DNA of 64,000 bases from an uncultured Elusimicrobia bacterium. Lineage in GTDB: Bacteria > Elusimicrobiota > Elusimicrobia > UBA1565 > UBA9628. Numbering within the stretch: the stretch's first letter is position 1; the number at the start of each line of letters is the position of its first letter. A program made the translations under genes and the position numbers. Where the stretch lies: assembly GCA_964510095.1 (NCBI GenBank), contig CAZEAE010000001.1:1-64000 (forward strand), given 5' to 3'. Positions 18,768 through 27,544 of this stretch are shown here, one piece after another. The notes below the pieces were generated by a model. That model was given only the letters and a program-made list of their open reading frames with translations, was not told the DNA's origin and made no database searches.

Positions 18768-20348
18768 TTGAACATGAAACGCTTGATGAACCCTGTCGCG
18801 CCGCTCCTGTCGCTCTCGTTGATTTTGACGGCCCCAGGCTTGGGCTGCTATGAAGCCGCGGCCGCCAGCTTCAAAGCCTTGCGAGTGGCGCCGCCGTCGA
18901 GCGCCATGAGCTTCAATCCGGGAGCTCTCGGCCGCTTCCCTGTCTCTTATCAGGGCGCCGGTTTGACCGCGCCGGGGTTTTTGACGCCGCTGCCCGTGAT
19001 CTCCGCGTTGACGCAGCCTGCCAGCATCCCCCAATTGAGCCCTTCGGCGCCTTCGGCGCTTGAGGGCGCGGCAGTCCCCGCGGCAATCGCGGCCACAGTC
19101 GAGGCGGGCCCCTCTTGGCAGCAGCGGCTTTCGGCCCTTGGTGAAGAGGTCAAGGGAATCGTTTCCTCCCGAGATGTCGGCGACCAAGCCGCGGTCCTGC
19201 GCCGCATATTCGAAGCCGGCCTAAGGCTTTCAGTCGCGCCCGAGACTCCCGAGGGCGCGCCAAAAGCCGCCTCCATTGGCTCTCCGCGGACGCGAAGGAT
19301 GCCCGAGGTCCTGGAGATATCCGAGTCCCGACGCCTCGACACGCTCGAAGGCCTATACGTCCGGACTCAGCCCCAAGGAGCGGTGGCCCCGCGCTCGTCG
19401 CCCCTCAAGAATAGGACCGCAGGAAAAATATCCCCGGAGCTCGATAGGATGCTGCGGCCCGAGAACGTCTATGACGTGACCGTCAGCTTGATAGCTCATC
19501 CTTCCGTGACCGAGGAAGACCAGCTGGTCTACTATTTGTCCGAGCTCGAAGGAGCCTCCTACCGGCACGACCACAGGAGCGGAAAGATATCCGTCCAGGG
19601 GATCAGCGGCCGGGATATCCGCGTCATCGCGGGCTTTCCCGCCGTGAGCCGCATCGCGGGGACATCCAAGGCGCCGACAGACGCCGCCACAAAAGGCCAG
19701 GGCGACAATCCGGAGGAAAAGACGCCCGTCATCTTCGTCGACAAGAAGCTCCGCCCGGACGTGGCCCTGCGCGTCCTGGAAGGCGCCGAACGGAACGACT
19801 TGGCGGCGCTCGACGGCAAAATCAATATCACCGTCGAAATCCGATCCAACCCGCGCAACCCCATGATCCTGATGAAGGGCGCCAACGGCTTTAGGACGAT
19901 GTTCTATCTGCACGAGGCCGGGGAGATGATCCGCGAACTGCAGTTTCGTTGGCACAAGCCTTCGACCTGGCTCCCGCGCGATGCCGACCCCGACAAGATG
20001 GACGCCGCCGAGCAGATGGACCTGGTGATCGCTTACGCGAAGGAAGCGTTCAAAGGGATCGTTTCCCGGGAAGGCAAGCCGAAAACGCCTTCAGAAAACT
20101 CCGGAATCTCCGGACTCTCGACAAAGAACGTCGTGCTGACGCTGACCGGACTCCTTAGCATAACCGGTCTCTTGGGCACATTGGGAATATTGACCGGGTT
20201 TTTCGCCTCCCTCCTGCCCCAAGTCCCTATTGAAGTCGCAGATTACATCTATGCCGTCAGCGGCAAGGCTCTCATAGGAGTGGCGGCCGGGACGGTTACT
20301 CTGGCCCTAGCGGGCATAGCCGCCTACCTTCTCTGGGCAAGAGAGTAA
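18768..20348 (+). CDS. Exported hypothetical protein, paralog family C (member 1), C-terminal double TM anchor
   Basis: First ~150 aa (signal + LSLSLILTAPGLGCYEAAAASF...PPSSAMSFNPG.LGR.PVSYQGAGLTAPG...SWQQRLS.LG.E.K.IVSSRD.GDQAA) conserved with the 20354 gene; unique C-terminal domain ending in two hydrophobic helices. Confidence 0.5.
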   Translation: MNMKRLMNPVAPLLSLSLILTAPGLGCYEAAAASFKALRVAPPSSAMSFNPGALGRFPVSYQGAGLTAPGFLTPLPVISALTQPASIPQLSPSAPSALEGAAVPAAIAATVEAGPSWQQRLSALGEEVKGIVSSRDVGDQAAVLRRIFEAGLRLSVAPETPEGAPKAASIGSPRTRRMPEVLEISESRRLDTLEGLYVRTQPQGAVAPRSSPLKNRTAGKISPELDRMLRPENVYDVTVSLIAHPSVTEEDQLVYYLSELEGASYRHDHRSGKISVQGISGRDIRVIAGFPAVSRIAGTSKAPTDAATKGQGDNPEEKTPVIFVDKKLRPDVALRVLEGAERNDLAALDGKINITVEIRSNPRNPMILMKGANGFRTMFYLHEAGEMIRELQFRWHKPSTWLPRDADPDKMDAAEQMDLVIAYAKEAFKGIVSREGKPKTPSENSGISGLSTKNVVLTLTGLLSITGLLGTLGILTGFFASLLPQVPIEVADYIYAVSGKALIGVAAGTVTLALAGIAAYLLWARE

Positions 20349-20353
20349 AAACC

Positions 20354-21811
20354 ATGAGACTCCTAATGAAGCCCATCGCGCCGCTCCTGTCGCTCTCCTT
20401 GATCCTGACGGCTCCGGGCTTGAGCTGCTTTGAAGCGGCGGCTGCCAGTTTCAATATCGTGAGGGTGACGCCGCCGTCCAGCGCCATGAGCTTCAATCCG
20501 GGATCGCTCGGACGCCTCCCTGTCTCTTACCAGGGCGCAGGTTTGACCGCGCCGGGGCTTTTGCCCCCGCCGTCCTTAACCTCCGCGCTAACGCTGCCTA
20601 GAGGCTATCCCCAATCAAGCGCCACGGCGCTCCCGACGCTTGCGGGCGCGGCCGCCCCCGCGGCGGTCCCCGCCGCAGTCGAGCCCGGAGCCTCCTGGCA
20701 ACAGCGGCTCTCCTCTCTTGGAGACGAGATCAAGGCAATCGTTTCCTCCCGGGATATCGGCGACCAAGCCGCGGGCCTGGGCCGCATCTTCGAAGCCGAC
20801 CGAATACTTTCAGCCACGACGCCAGGAGAAGGGGGCTTTGTGCCCGCAACCCGCAAGGCAGCAAGCGGCCTGAAGACGCCCAAGGCCGCCGCTGGCGGCG
20901 CAGGCCAGATCTCCCCGGAGGGAATGCGCGAGCACCGCTTCGAAGCCCTCATGGACGAGCGCGCCGAACGATATCGATCCGCTCACGCCCGGCTCGAATT
21001 CCTAAGCGGACACGCGAACGGCCTGAGCTCCGCGCTGGTGTCGCACATGGATTGGATGCTGCTTCCGATAGTCGGCTTCACGCTGGCGTGGAACATGCCC
21101 GTCTTGGCGGCCGTCGCGCTCCTGACGTTAGCCGCGACCGCAGCCCGATCCTACGCGCTGTACAAGGTCGCCGACCGCATCGGAGGCTTGTACGAGTCCT
21201 GGGGCCAGGGGCTGCAATCACTGCTTCGCTTGGAGCCTTCCTTGGATGGATCGGAGAAGGCACGCCTGGCCCAGGGAATGTACGACCTGCTGAGCTTCCC
21301 GCGCCGCGTCAGGGTTTTCGGAAGATACTACCCCATAAGCGTCGACGAGAACTGGCATCGCTGGGCCTCGATATTCCGGACTCATCTCGCCTCATTCCTA
21401 GACGACAGAAGCAGGCGAGAGTTGGTCCGATTGAGTTTTGAGCGCTCTCAGTACGCTCTCGGAAGGATCAGCCAACGCGACACCACGGACGCGAACGCCT
21501 ATTTTTCAGTTTTGATGCCTCTGCGGCTGCATACCCTGCTTAACGAACGGCAAAAAAAAGACTCTATCGAGTCCATGCTCGAGTTCTATGAGAGGGCGCT
21601 CTGGGTCCAGGGCTTCACCTACCCGATGGATGGCCAGGGCTTCGACGAGGTCGATCAAATGCTGCGCGACCGGCAGATACCGCGCGAATCAATCCGAAGC
21701 TTTTACCCCAGGTTCTACGCCTTGCTCGACCGGCAGCCATTCTTGGAGAGCCGGCCGTTACTGCTTAAGGTATTGAACCGCATGCGCGAGAACTTTAAGG
21801 AAAAGATATGA
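20354..21811 (+). CDS. Exported hypothetical protein, paralog family C (member 2), with internal TM hairpin and unique C-terminal domain
   Basis: N-terminal 150 aa paralogous to the 18768 gene; its own C-terminal ~230-aa domain is unrelated to member 1. Confidence 0.5.
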   Translation: MRLLMKPIAPLLSLSLILTAPGLSCFEAAAASFNIVRVTPPSSAMSFNPGSLGRLPVSYQGAGLTAPGLLPPPSLTSALTLPRGYPQSSATALPTLAGAAAPAAVPAAVEPGASWQQRLSSLGDEIKAIVSSRDIGDQAAGLGRIFEADRILSATTPGEGGFVPATRKAASGLKTPKAAAGGAGQISPEGMREHRFEALMDERAERYRSAHARLEFLSGHANGLSSALVSHMDWMLLPIVGFTLAWNMPVLAAVALLTLAATAARSYALYKVADRIGGLYESWGQGLQSLLRLEPSLDGSEKARLAQGMYDLLSFPRRVRVFGRYYPISVDENWHRWASIFRTHLASFLDDRSRRELVRLSFERSQYALGRISQRDTTDANAYFSVLMPLRLHTLLNERQKKDSIESMLEFYERALWVQGFTYPMDGQGFDEVDQMLRDRQIPRESIRSFYPRFYALLDRQPFLESRPLLLKVLNRMRENFKEKI

Positions 21812-21981
21812 AGAAGACGATCTTGATGCGCCGCGGCGGGGTCGGCCCAGACAAGAAATCGGGCCTGTCAAACCCTGTTTTTCAGCGACCGTCGGAATGC
21901 ATAACGGCGCTTCTGGAGCCAATGCCGCGCGCCGCCTTACCCGCAGCCCCAGGCCGAGAACCCGACATGGGATTACACTGA
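21808..21981 (+). pseudogene. Remnant 5' end of a family-B gene (MKKTILMRRGG...) fused to the conserved upstream element
   Basis: ATG overlapping the stop of the 20354 gene (ATGA); first ~35 nt match the family-B starts (atgaaaaagatgatcttgacgcgccgcg / atgaaaaaatcgatatccatccgccgcg), then diverges into non-coding-like sequence; 57 codons. Confidence 0.3.
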
Positions 21982-22000
21982 GGATATGAAAGGAGAAGAT

Positions 22001-22807
22001 ATGAAAAAGATGATCTTGACGCGCCGCGCCGGGCTTCCCGTTGCGCTGATACTCTGTACGTTGGGGACCATGGCCGCGACGGGCTCGGCCCAGAGCCCGG
22101 TCGACTGGAATTCCGGCGACCCCGTGCTCCAGCTTCATCAGCGCCTGGCCGAACAGACGCCGGCCGCCGTCTCACCCACCGGCGCGGCGGTGCTGGAAAC
22201 GGGACGCCCCGTGCTTGATCTCGTGAACAAAGTCGCCGGGTTGTATATGGGAGACAAGAACCCCGACACCGCCGTTCTAGAACCCGACCGCCGCAAGAAT
22301 CAACTGAGAGTCTCCTCGTGGCTTCAGAAGAAGTCCGAGATCCGAGCGGAAATCCTTGAGCCCGTTGGAATCAAAAAAGGAGACGCGATTTTAGTTTATG
22401 ATAAAATCGCGCCTTTATCCTCCAAGATCCTGGGGGTTTATGAAGAAGGTTACCTCTATTTCGAGGGACGAAGCCGCTGGGTCGCCACTTCTGATTACTC
22501 AGACACCACGGCTCCGACCTATGTCATCAAGAAAGCTGAGGACATCTTCCTCGAAGTCGGCGAGATCGATGGCATGCGGGCGGGGCAGGCCGTCTGCTTG
22601 AAGGAAGACCATGACTCCGGTGGAGACAAATTCAAGGCAGGAAAAAAAGGAAAGATCGAGCATGTTTTCTCGAACGGCGTCGCTGAAGCCTCCTTCAGCC
22701 CCCCGCTGAATATCGTTCGATTGCCCTTGGCTTTTTTGGGGATGAAAGAGAGTCTTTTTTTGAAGATCGCGGATTTGAAAGACTGTTCAACCAGGAGGAA
22801 AAAATGA
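22001..22807 (+). CDS. Secreted hypothetical protein, paralog family B (member 2), SH3-like repeats
   Basis: AAGGAG RBS 6 nt before ATG 22001 (the ORF track start at 21986 includes the RBS); leader MKKMILTRRAGLPVALILCTLGTMAATGSAQSPVDWNSGDPVLQLHQRLAEQ; the body is ~50% GC. Confidence 0.5.
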   Translation: MKKMILTRRAGLPVALILCTLGTMAATGSAQSPVDWNSGDPVLQLHQRLAEQTPAAVSPTGAAVLETGRPVLDLVNKVAGLYMGDKNPDTAVLEPDRRKNQLRVSSWLQKKSEIRAEILEPVGIKKGDAILVYDKIAPLSSKILGVYEEGYLYFEGRSRWVATSDYSDTTAPTYVIKKAEDIFLEVGEIDGMRAGQAVCLKEDHDSGGDKFKAGKKGKIEHVFSNGVAEASFSPPLNIVRLPLAFLGMKESLFLKIADLKDCSTRRKK

Positions 22808-23436
22808 AACGCCAGGAACATAGCCCCCTATTGTCCGCCGGTCTGAGTCTGCTGCTCCTCTCCGCGGCGGGCAAACCGCTCAGCGCGGCAAGCCTCGCGC
22901 CGGCCCCGCTGGAAGCCTCCCTGGAGGCCGCGTTCGCCCAGGCGCGCGTCGCCGTCGCCGACGCCGCGATCAAGGATTTCTCGGACGCCGACGCCCTGGC
23001 TTCGGCCGCCGGCGTCTGGGTCATGCGCCTGCGCGCCGACGCCAATGCCCTTGCCGCCCGGGCCCAAGCGCGTCCGGCCGACCCGGCCCTGGGCCGGGAG
23101 CTTCAGGCCCTGGAAGACCACACGCAGGACCTGGATTCCGATTTAGCCGGGCTCGACCGCGACCTGAGGGGGCTCATCGCGCGGGCGCCGGCGCTCATTT
23201 CCATCAAAGACCGCGTCTCCTTCCTTCCGGACATGATCTTCGCCGCGCGTAGCAGCCTCTGGCTCGCCTGGCAGGAGGCGTTCCCCCGAGCCGAGGTCTT
23301 CCGCCGGTCGGATCTGGCGACCTCCTTCGCGCGCTTCCAACGCGCGCTCGAGCACGCCGAGGCCGCCGCCCAGAAATGCGAGGAGTCCGCCCTAGAGCTC
23401 AAACACGCGGTGGACGCGGCGTCCCGCGGGCGCTGA
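22804..23436 (+). CDS. Secreted Ala-rich helical hypothetical protein
   Basis: Signal peptide LLSAGLSLLLLSAAGKPLSAASLA; ATGA overlap with the upstream gene; coiled-coil-like composition. Confidence 0.4.
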   Translation: MKRQEHSPLLSAGLSLLLLSAAGKPLSAASLAPAPLEASLEAAFAQARVAVADAAIKDFSDADALASAAGVWVMRLRADANALAARAQARPADPALGRELQALEDHTQDLDSDLAGLDRDLRGLIARAPALISIKDRVSFLPDMIFAARSSLWLAWQEAFPRAEVFRRSDLATSFARFQRALEHAEAAAQKCEESALELKHAVDAASRGR

Positions 23437-23443
23437 CCCCATC

Positions 23444-23800
23444 ATGCGCGCTCTCATCGTAGACGACGACGTAAACGTCGCCAAGATCCTGCGGCGGCAT
23501 TTGACCGCGTGGGGTTGGGAGACCGACGTAAGCACCACCGTGGCCGACGCTATCATGCTCTTCAAGGAAGGCCGGTATGACCTAGCGCTTTGCGACGTGG
23601 ACTTGCCGGACGGCGACGGTATATCCTTGGCCAGTGTCTTTCTAGGGGCTTTGCCGTCGCTGTCGGTCATCATCGCTTCCGGCGATCCCAAGAATCTGGA
23701 ACGCGCCCAAGAAGCCGGTTTCGCGCGCTGCCTCGAGAAGCCTTTTTCTCTGGAGAATCTCAAAGCCTTGCTCGAAGAAGCCCTGAAGGGCCGGCTGTAA
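23444..23800 (+). CDS. Stand-alone response-regulator receiver (CheY-like) protein
   Basis: MRALIVDDDVNVAKILRRHL...LALCDVDLPDGDGISLA with the phospho-acceptor Asp context (LCDVDLPDGDG); 118 aa, no output domain. Confidence 0.8.
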   Translation: MRALIVDDDVNVAKILRRHLTAWGWETDVSTTVADAIMLFKEGRYDLALCDVDLPDGDGISLASVFLGALPSLSVIIASGDPKNLERAQEAGFARCLEKPFSLENLKALLEEALKGRL

Positions 23801-23828
23801 TGACGTATACTTTCCCGGAGAGCGTCCC

Positions 23829-24698
23829 GTGACCAATAAGCCGATGGCCTTCGCCGCCGTCCTCACCCAGTTCAGAAAGGAGGCCGGCTACTCCTCCGCC
23901 CGCGACTTTTATAGGGCCGTCGGAGCCCAGGGCACCTTCGGCTGCACCTACGCGCAATACCTCAACATCGAGGCGGGCCGCTCGACGCCGAAGCCCACCC
24001 TGGTCCGCAAGATCATGGCCCTGCTGGAACTCTTCCCCCGCGACGCCAAGGGCCGCGAGTTCATCACCGCCTATTTCAGGGCGCTGCTCAAGGATGAAGA
24101 TTTTTTCGAACTGGCCCTTCAGGCCCTCTCGGGGGGGCCTTCGGCGCAGGGACAGGACGACGCGCCATTGAGCCAGGCCCTGAAGACAAGCGTCGCGCTA
24201 AAACAGGTCTGGCTGACCGACAAGCAAGTCGCCGTGATCGAGGGCGACCGGACCGCCTACTGGTGTTTCGAGGTTTTTTGCAATGACGGCCGGGACTGGG
24301 GAACGCTGGAGCTTTCCCACCTGCTCGGCCACAATGTGAAGGCGATCTCGGCGGCTCTTAAAAAACTACAAAAAGCCGCTCTGATCGTGGCGGCCCCGGA
24401 TGGGCGCTACCGTTGCTTTGCCAAGGACAAGATCCTCGCTTTCCCCCGGAAGGACATGTTCCTCCCGGAGAACATCGACCGCGCGCGCGGCTATCTGGAG
24501 GAGATGGCGCAAAGCCGCGGCCGCTTCGAGCTGTACCAAAACCTCAGCCTGCGCGCTTCCTCGAAACGTCTCAAGCAATACTACCCCCACCTGGCCCAAA
24601 GCGTCGCCGGCGCCAATATCTATTCGAGCCCGGAAAAGGGCGACGACACGGGCTTCTACGTGATCGAGACCATCGTCCGCAGGCTGTTCGACTTCTAA
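23829..24698 (+). CDS. HTH-domain protein (XRE-like N-terminus; resembles the TIGR02147-type paralogous family)
   Basis: N-terminal FRKEAGYSSARDFYRAVGAQGTFGCTYAQYLNIEAGRSTPKPTLVRKIMALL fits an HTH-XRE fold; the remaining ~200 aa have no recognised domain. Confidence 0.5.
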   Translation: MTNKPMAFAAVLTQFRKEAGYSSARDFYRAVGAQGTFGCTYAQYLNIEAGRSTPKPTLVRKIMALLELFPRDAKGREFITAYFRALLKDEDFFELALQALSGGPSAQGQDDAPLSQALKTSVALKQVWLTDKQVAVIEGDRTAYWCFEVFCNDGRDWGTLELSHLLGHNVKAISAALKKLQKAALIVAAPDGRYRCFAKDKILAFPRKDMFLPENIDRARGYLEEMAQSRGRFELYQNLSLRASSKRLKQYYPHLAQSVAGANIYSSPEKGDDTGFYVIETIVRRLFDF

Positions 24699-24699
24699 G

Positions 24700-25329
24700 A
24701 TGAAGCGCTGGCGAGAAAGTCTGGCGATGATCAGCCTTCTTATCCTGGCGATGGATGCATCCGCGGCCGGCGTCCCGGTGCGCGGCCCTCAGCCGGTCGT
24801 GCAGGCCGAACTGAGCTTCAGCCGCACCTGCGCCGACGGCACGCCCCGCTATGCGCTGGCCGATGTCTCGAAAGACCTCGGCCCCTCGCTCGATATCACC
24901 ACGGAAAAGAGCAAGATCGGCTATCTCTACGTCCTGGAGGCCGGCTACCGCCCCATCATGGACGCCGACCAACCCGGAGCGCCCATCTTCCTCAGCGACG
25001 CTTCGACCGGCAACCGCCTCCCTTTCGCCGTCCTGGACCCCAAGGACATCCCCCCTTGCAGGAGCGGGGGCGGCCGGGAATACGCGTCGCCGGTGCGCAT
25101 CCGGCTGGAGCCTTCGGTCCGAGCGGAGCTTGAGATCAAGCCTCGGACGGGGATCTTCCGGCCGGCCTGCTACAAGAACGTGACCACGGGCGCCTACAAG
25201 CTCGACCTCTGGAACATACTGACCCTCAAGCTGCCGGATCGCAAGATCGAGGTCAAAAGCGCCGACTCCGAATCCTTCCAGGATGAAGAAGAATGCCGTA
25301 GATTCTACGAGGCGATGAAAAGTCCTTAG
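24700..25329 (+). CDS. Secreted hypothetical protein
   Basis: Signal peptide MISLLILAMDASAAG; no recognised domain. Confidence 0.4.
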   Translation: MKRWRESLAMISLLILAMDASAAGVPVRGPQPVVQAELSFSRTCADGTPRYALADVSKDLGPSLDITTEKSKIGYLYVLEAGYRPIMDADQPGAPIFLSDASTGNRLPFAVLDPKDIPPCRSGGGREYASPVRIRLEPSVRAELEIKPRTGIFRPACYKNVTTGAYKLDLWNILTLKLPDRKIEVKSADSESFQDEEECRRFYEAMKSP

Positions 25330-25368
25330 GGCCCTTGATAATCCCGCCCTCCCGGTTATACTAGCCTT

Positions 25369-26319
25369 ATGCCGGTTCGATCCAGGCTTCTATGCGTCAT
25401 GTCTCTCTGTTCCATGGCTTTTCTCCTTGGGACACCGCGGATCTTCGCCGAGGGGACATCCATCCGACTCTGCGAGGAGGCCGGGGAGGGCAAAGACTGC
25501 CTCGGAAACCTCAAGAAGCCCGCCACGCCCTCCTCGAACCCCGCTCCCTGGCCGGAGAGCGTCGGCCGGAAGACTTGTCCCGCTGACTGGCTCCAGTCAC
25601 GCAAGGGCGGTTGCCTGACCCAGGTCACCACCGTCGATGGACAAAGAGGGTCGGCCTATGTCCATCCGGGAGGCTGGCTGGTCGATGCGCGGTGCTTCAG
25701 CGATAAGCGCTTCAAAGCCTCGGAGCTGCTGGCGGCGCTCGAACTGGTGCAGCGGAAGATCAGCCCGACGGCAGGCTTGGACAAAGGAGGCTGCCTCTCC
25801 AAGTTCAACCCGGAGTGGGGCGCGGAATTGGTCAATGCCTCCTGGGAGAAGGGCATCTACGTCGACTGCCCGCCGCTCGACCCCTCGGACTCCGAACCCT
25901 CCTGCGCCGCGCACGTCACCCAGGGAATCCGCGCTTCGATAGGCAGCCGCGGCTATCGCCGCGAGACCGAACTCTCCTTGCTGTCGCTCGAAAACGTCGC
26001 GGGCTGCATGGGCAGCGGGACCACGGGGCTTGCGGGCGTCCTGTTCCACGAGTTCCTGCACGCCGCCGGAGCCGACAACTATCCCACGGAGAAGCATAAC
26101 ACGGCCTGGCGGCTCCAAGACTACGTCTTCGTGTCCGACCGGGTGTATGGGACCGAGGCGCTCTGCTTCTTCGGCGTGGACGACGCGCGCAAGGACTTGG
26201 TCAACGTCCTGCAGTGCCGGCAGGCGGCCTCCTACCGCGCCATCGCCCCCCGCTTCGACCTCTGCCGGGGCTTCAGCACCTCTTTCACCGACATGCCCGC
26301 CAAATTCATCAAGCACTGA
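25369..26319 (+). CDS. Secreted Cys-rich protein with HExxH motif (putative zinc metallopeptidase)
   Basis: Signal peptide LLCVMSLCSMAFLLGTPRIFAEG; HEFLH at ~residue 225 (VLFHEFLHAAGADNYPTEKHNTAW); 14 Cys. Confidence 0.45.
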   Translation: MPVRSRLLCVMSLCSMAFLLGTPRIFAEGTSIRLCEEAGEGKDCLGNLKKPATPSSNPAPWPESVGRKTCPADWLQSRKGGCLTQVTTVDGQRGSAYVHPGGWLVDARCFSDKRFKASELLAALELVQRKISPTAGLDKGGCLSKFNPEWGAELVNASWEKGIYVDCPPLDPSDSEPSCAAHVTQGIRASIGSRGYRRETELSLLSLENVAGCMGSGTTGLAGVLFHEFLHAAGADNYPTEKHNTAWRLQDYVFVSDRVYGTEALCFFGVDDARKDLVNVLQCRQAASYRAIAPRFDLCRGFSTSFTDMPAKFIKH

Positions 26320-26332
26320 GGCCGGCGATCCC

Positions 26333-26830
26333 ATGGAACTGCTCATCATACGACATGGCTTGGCCGGCGACAAAGCCGATTGGGCCAAGGCCGGCAAGGA
26401 CGATGCCGAGCGCCCGCTTACCAAGGAAGGGCGACGCAAGCTCAAGCAAGAGGCGCCGGGCCTGGCCGAAGCCTTCGGTCGGGCCGGCCTGCTGGCCTCG
26501 AGCCGGCTGGCGCGCGCCCTGCAGACCGCGGAGCTCCTGCGCAAGGCGCTAGGCAAGCCGCCGCTGACTCTGACCGAGGCTCTTAGCCCCGCGGCCCCCC
26601 CGAAAGCGGTCTTGGCTTGGCTGTCCACCCTCAAGCAGGAGAAAGTGACCCTCGTCGGCCACGAACCTCACCTGAGCCGGTTGATCGCGCTGCTTTGCAC
26701 CGGAAGAACCGCGCCCTTCACCGAGCTGAAGAAGGGGCAGGCCTGCCTCCTGGAGTTCGCCGGTCCCGTCAAAGCCGGCGCGGCCAAGCTGCGGTGGTCG
26801 CTGAGCCCTGGACAACTGCGAGCTCTCTGA
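26333..26830 (+). CDS. sixA: Phosphohistidine phosphatase SixA
   Basis: MELLIIRHGLAGDK...AERPLTKEGRR...LASSRLARALQTAE...VTLVGHEPHLSRL: histidine-phosphatase RHG motif and SixA-like length (165 aa). Confidence 0.75.
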   Translation: MELLIIRHGLAGDKADWAKAGKDDAERPLTKEGRRKLKQEAPGLAEAFGRAGLLASSRLARALQTAELLRKALGKPPLTLTEALSPAAPPKAVLAWLSTLKQEKVTLVGHEPHLSRLIALLCTGRTAPFTELKKGQACLLEFAGPVKAGAAKLRWSLSPGQLRAL

Positions 26831-26833
26831 AGG

Positions 26834-27544
26834 TCAACCCTTGGGCTCCGGCCAGACCCAGACCTTGATCGTGTAGCCTAAGTAATACAGGGCCCCTCCG
26901 AAGAAGGGCCAGATCAGCAGCACGCTGGCCATGATCCCGATCTGGGCCGCGAAGGCGTCCTTGGGATCCCCGCGGAACCCCCCCATCCCCTCGATCACGC
27001 CGCTCGAGACGTTGAGCATCGTCATCCCCATGACGATCGCGGCGACCGGCAGCAGCGTCGCGACGAGCGCCGACAGGCCCGAGAGACCCGCCGCCACGCG
27101 GAAATAGCGGTGGAGCAGCACGACGCGCCAGGACGCGACGATGGAGAGCGCCACCGAGTTATAGGCGAGCGCGCCCTCCGTCGACAGGAACATCTCGACG
27201 GGGACGACGTAAAGGAGGCCCGGCGCGGCGCAGAGGGCGATGTAGGCCGCCAGCGCCTTATAGCGCCAATGAGGCAGGCGCCACGGCCAGAACAAGAGCC
27301 AAAGCAGCGCGCCCAGCACGAAGGGATAAGCCACCGAGCCCAGCCCGAGCTTCTGGACGAGCTGCGCCGTCGGGTCGTCCCACCAGCGTCCGATCCCGAC
27401 GATCCAGCATGCGGCCGCGCCGACCGCGAGCTCCCGGCCGCCGAAGGCGCGGACCTCGTCGGCCGTCGCCCGCATGAACAGCACGCGCCAGAGCGCGGTC
27501 CAAGGCAAAACACGCGGGTCAAACGCCGCTTGCGGCTCGTTCAT
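26834..27544 (-). CDS. Integral membrane protein (Yip1-like?), hypothetical
   Basis: Five or six predicted TM helices; no catalytic motif; its 5' end overlaps the upstream radical SAM gene by 26 nt. Confidence 0.5.
   Translation of the reverse strand: MNEPQAAFDPRVLPWTALWRVLFMRATADEVRAFGGRELAVGAAACWIVGIGRWWDDPTAQLVQKLGLGSVAYPFVLGALLWLLFWPWRLPHWRYKALAAYIALCAAPGLLYVVPVEMFLSTEGALAYNSVALSIVASWRVVLLHRYFRVAAGLSGLSALVATLLPVAAIVMGMTMLNVSSGVIEGMGGFRGDPKDAFAAQIGIMASVLLIWPFFGGALYYLGYTIKVWVWPEPKG

Noticed and set aside
14038-19187. Long minus-strand ORFs (366, 386, 357 aa) antisense to the FGE-like, PHP and paralog genes
   Set aside because: Arg/Gly/Pro-rich shadow frames with no motifs. Plus-strand genes have signal peptides, RBSs and paralog support.
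18768-20420. Family-C leaders as lipoproteins (Cys after GLGC/GLSC)
   Set aside because: The residues preceding the Cys do not fit a canonical lipobox (no Leu at -3); these are more likely SPase I signal peptides.
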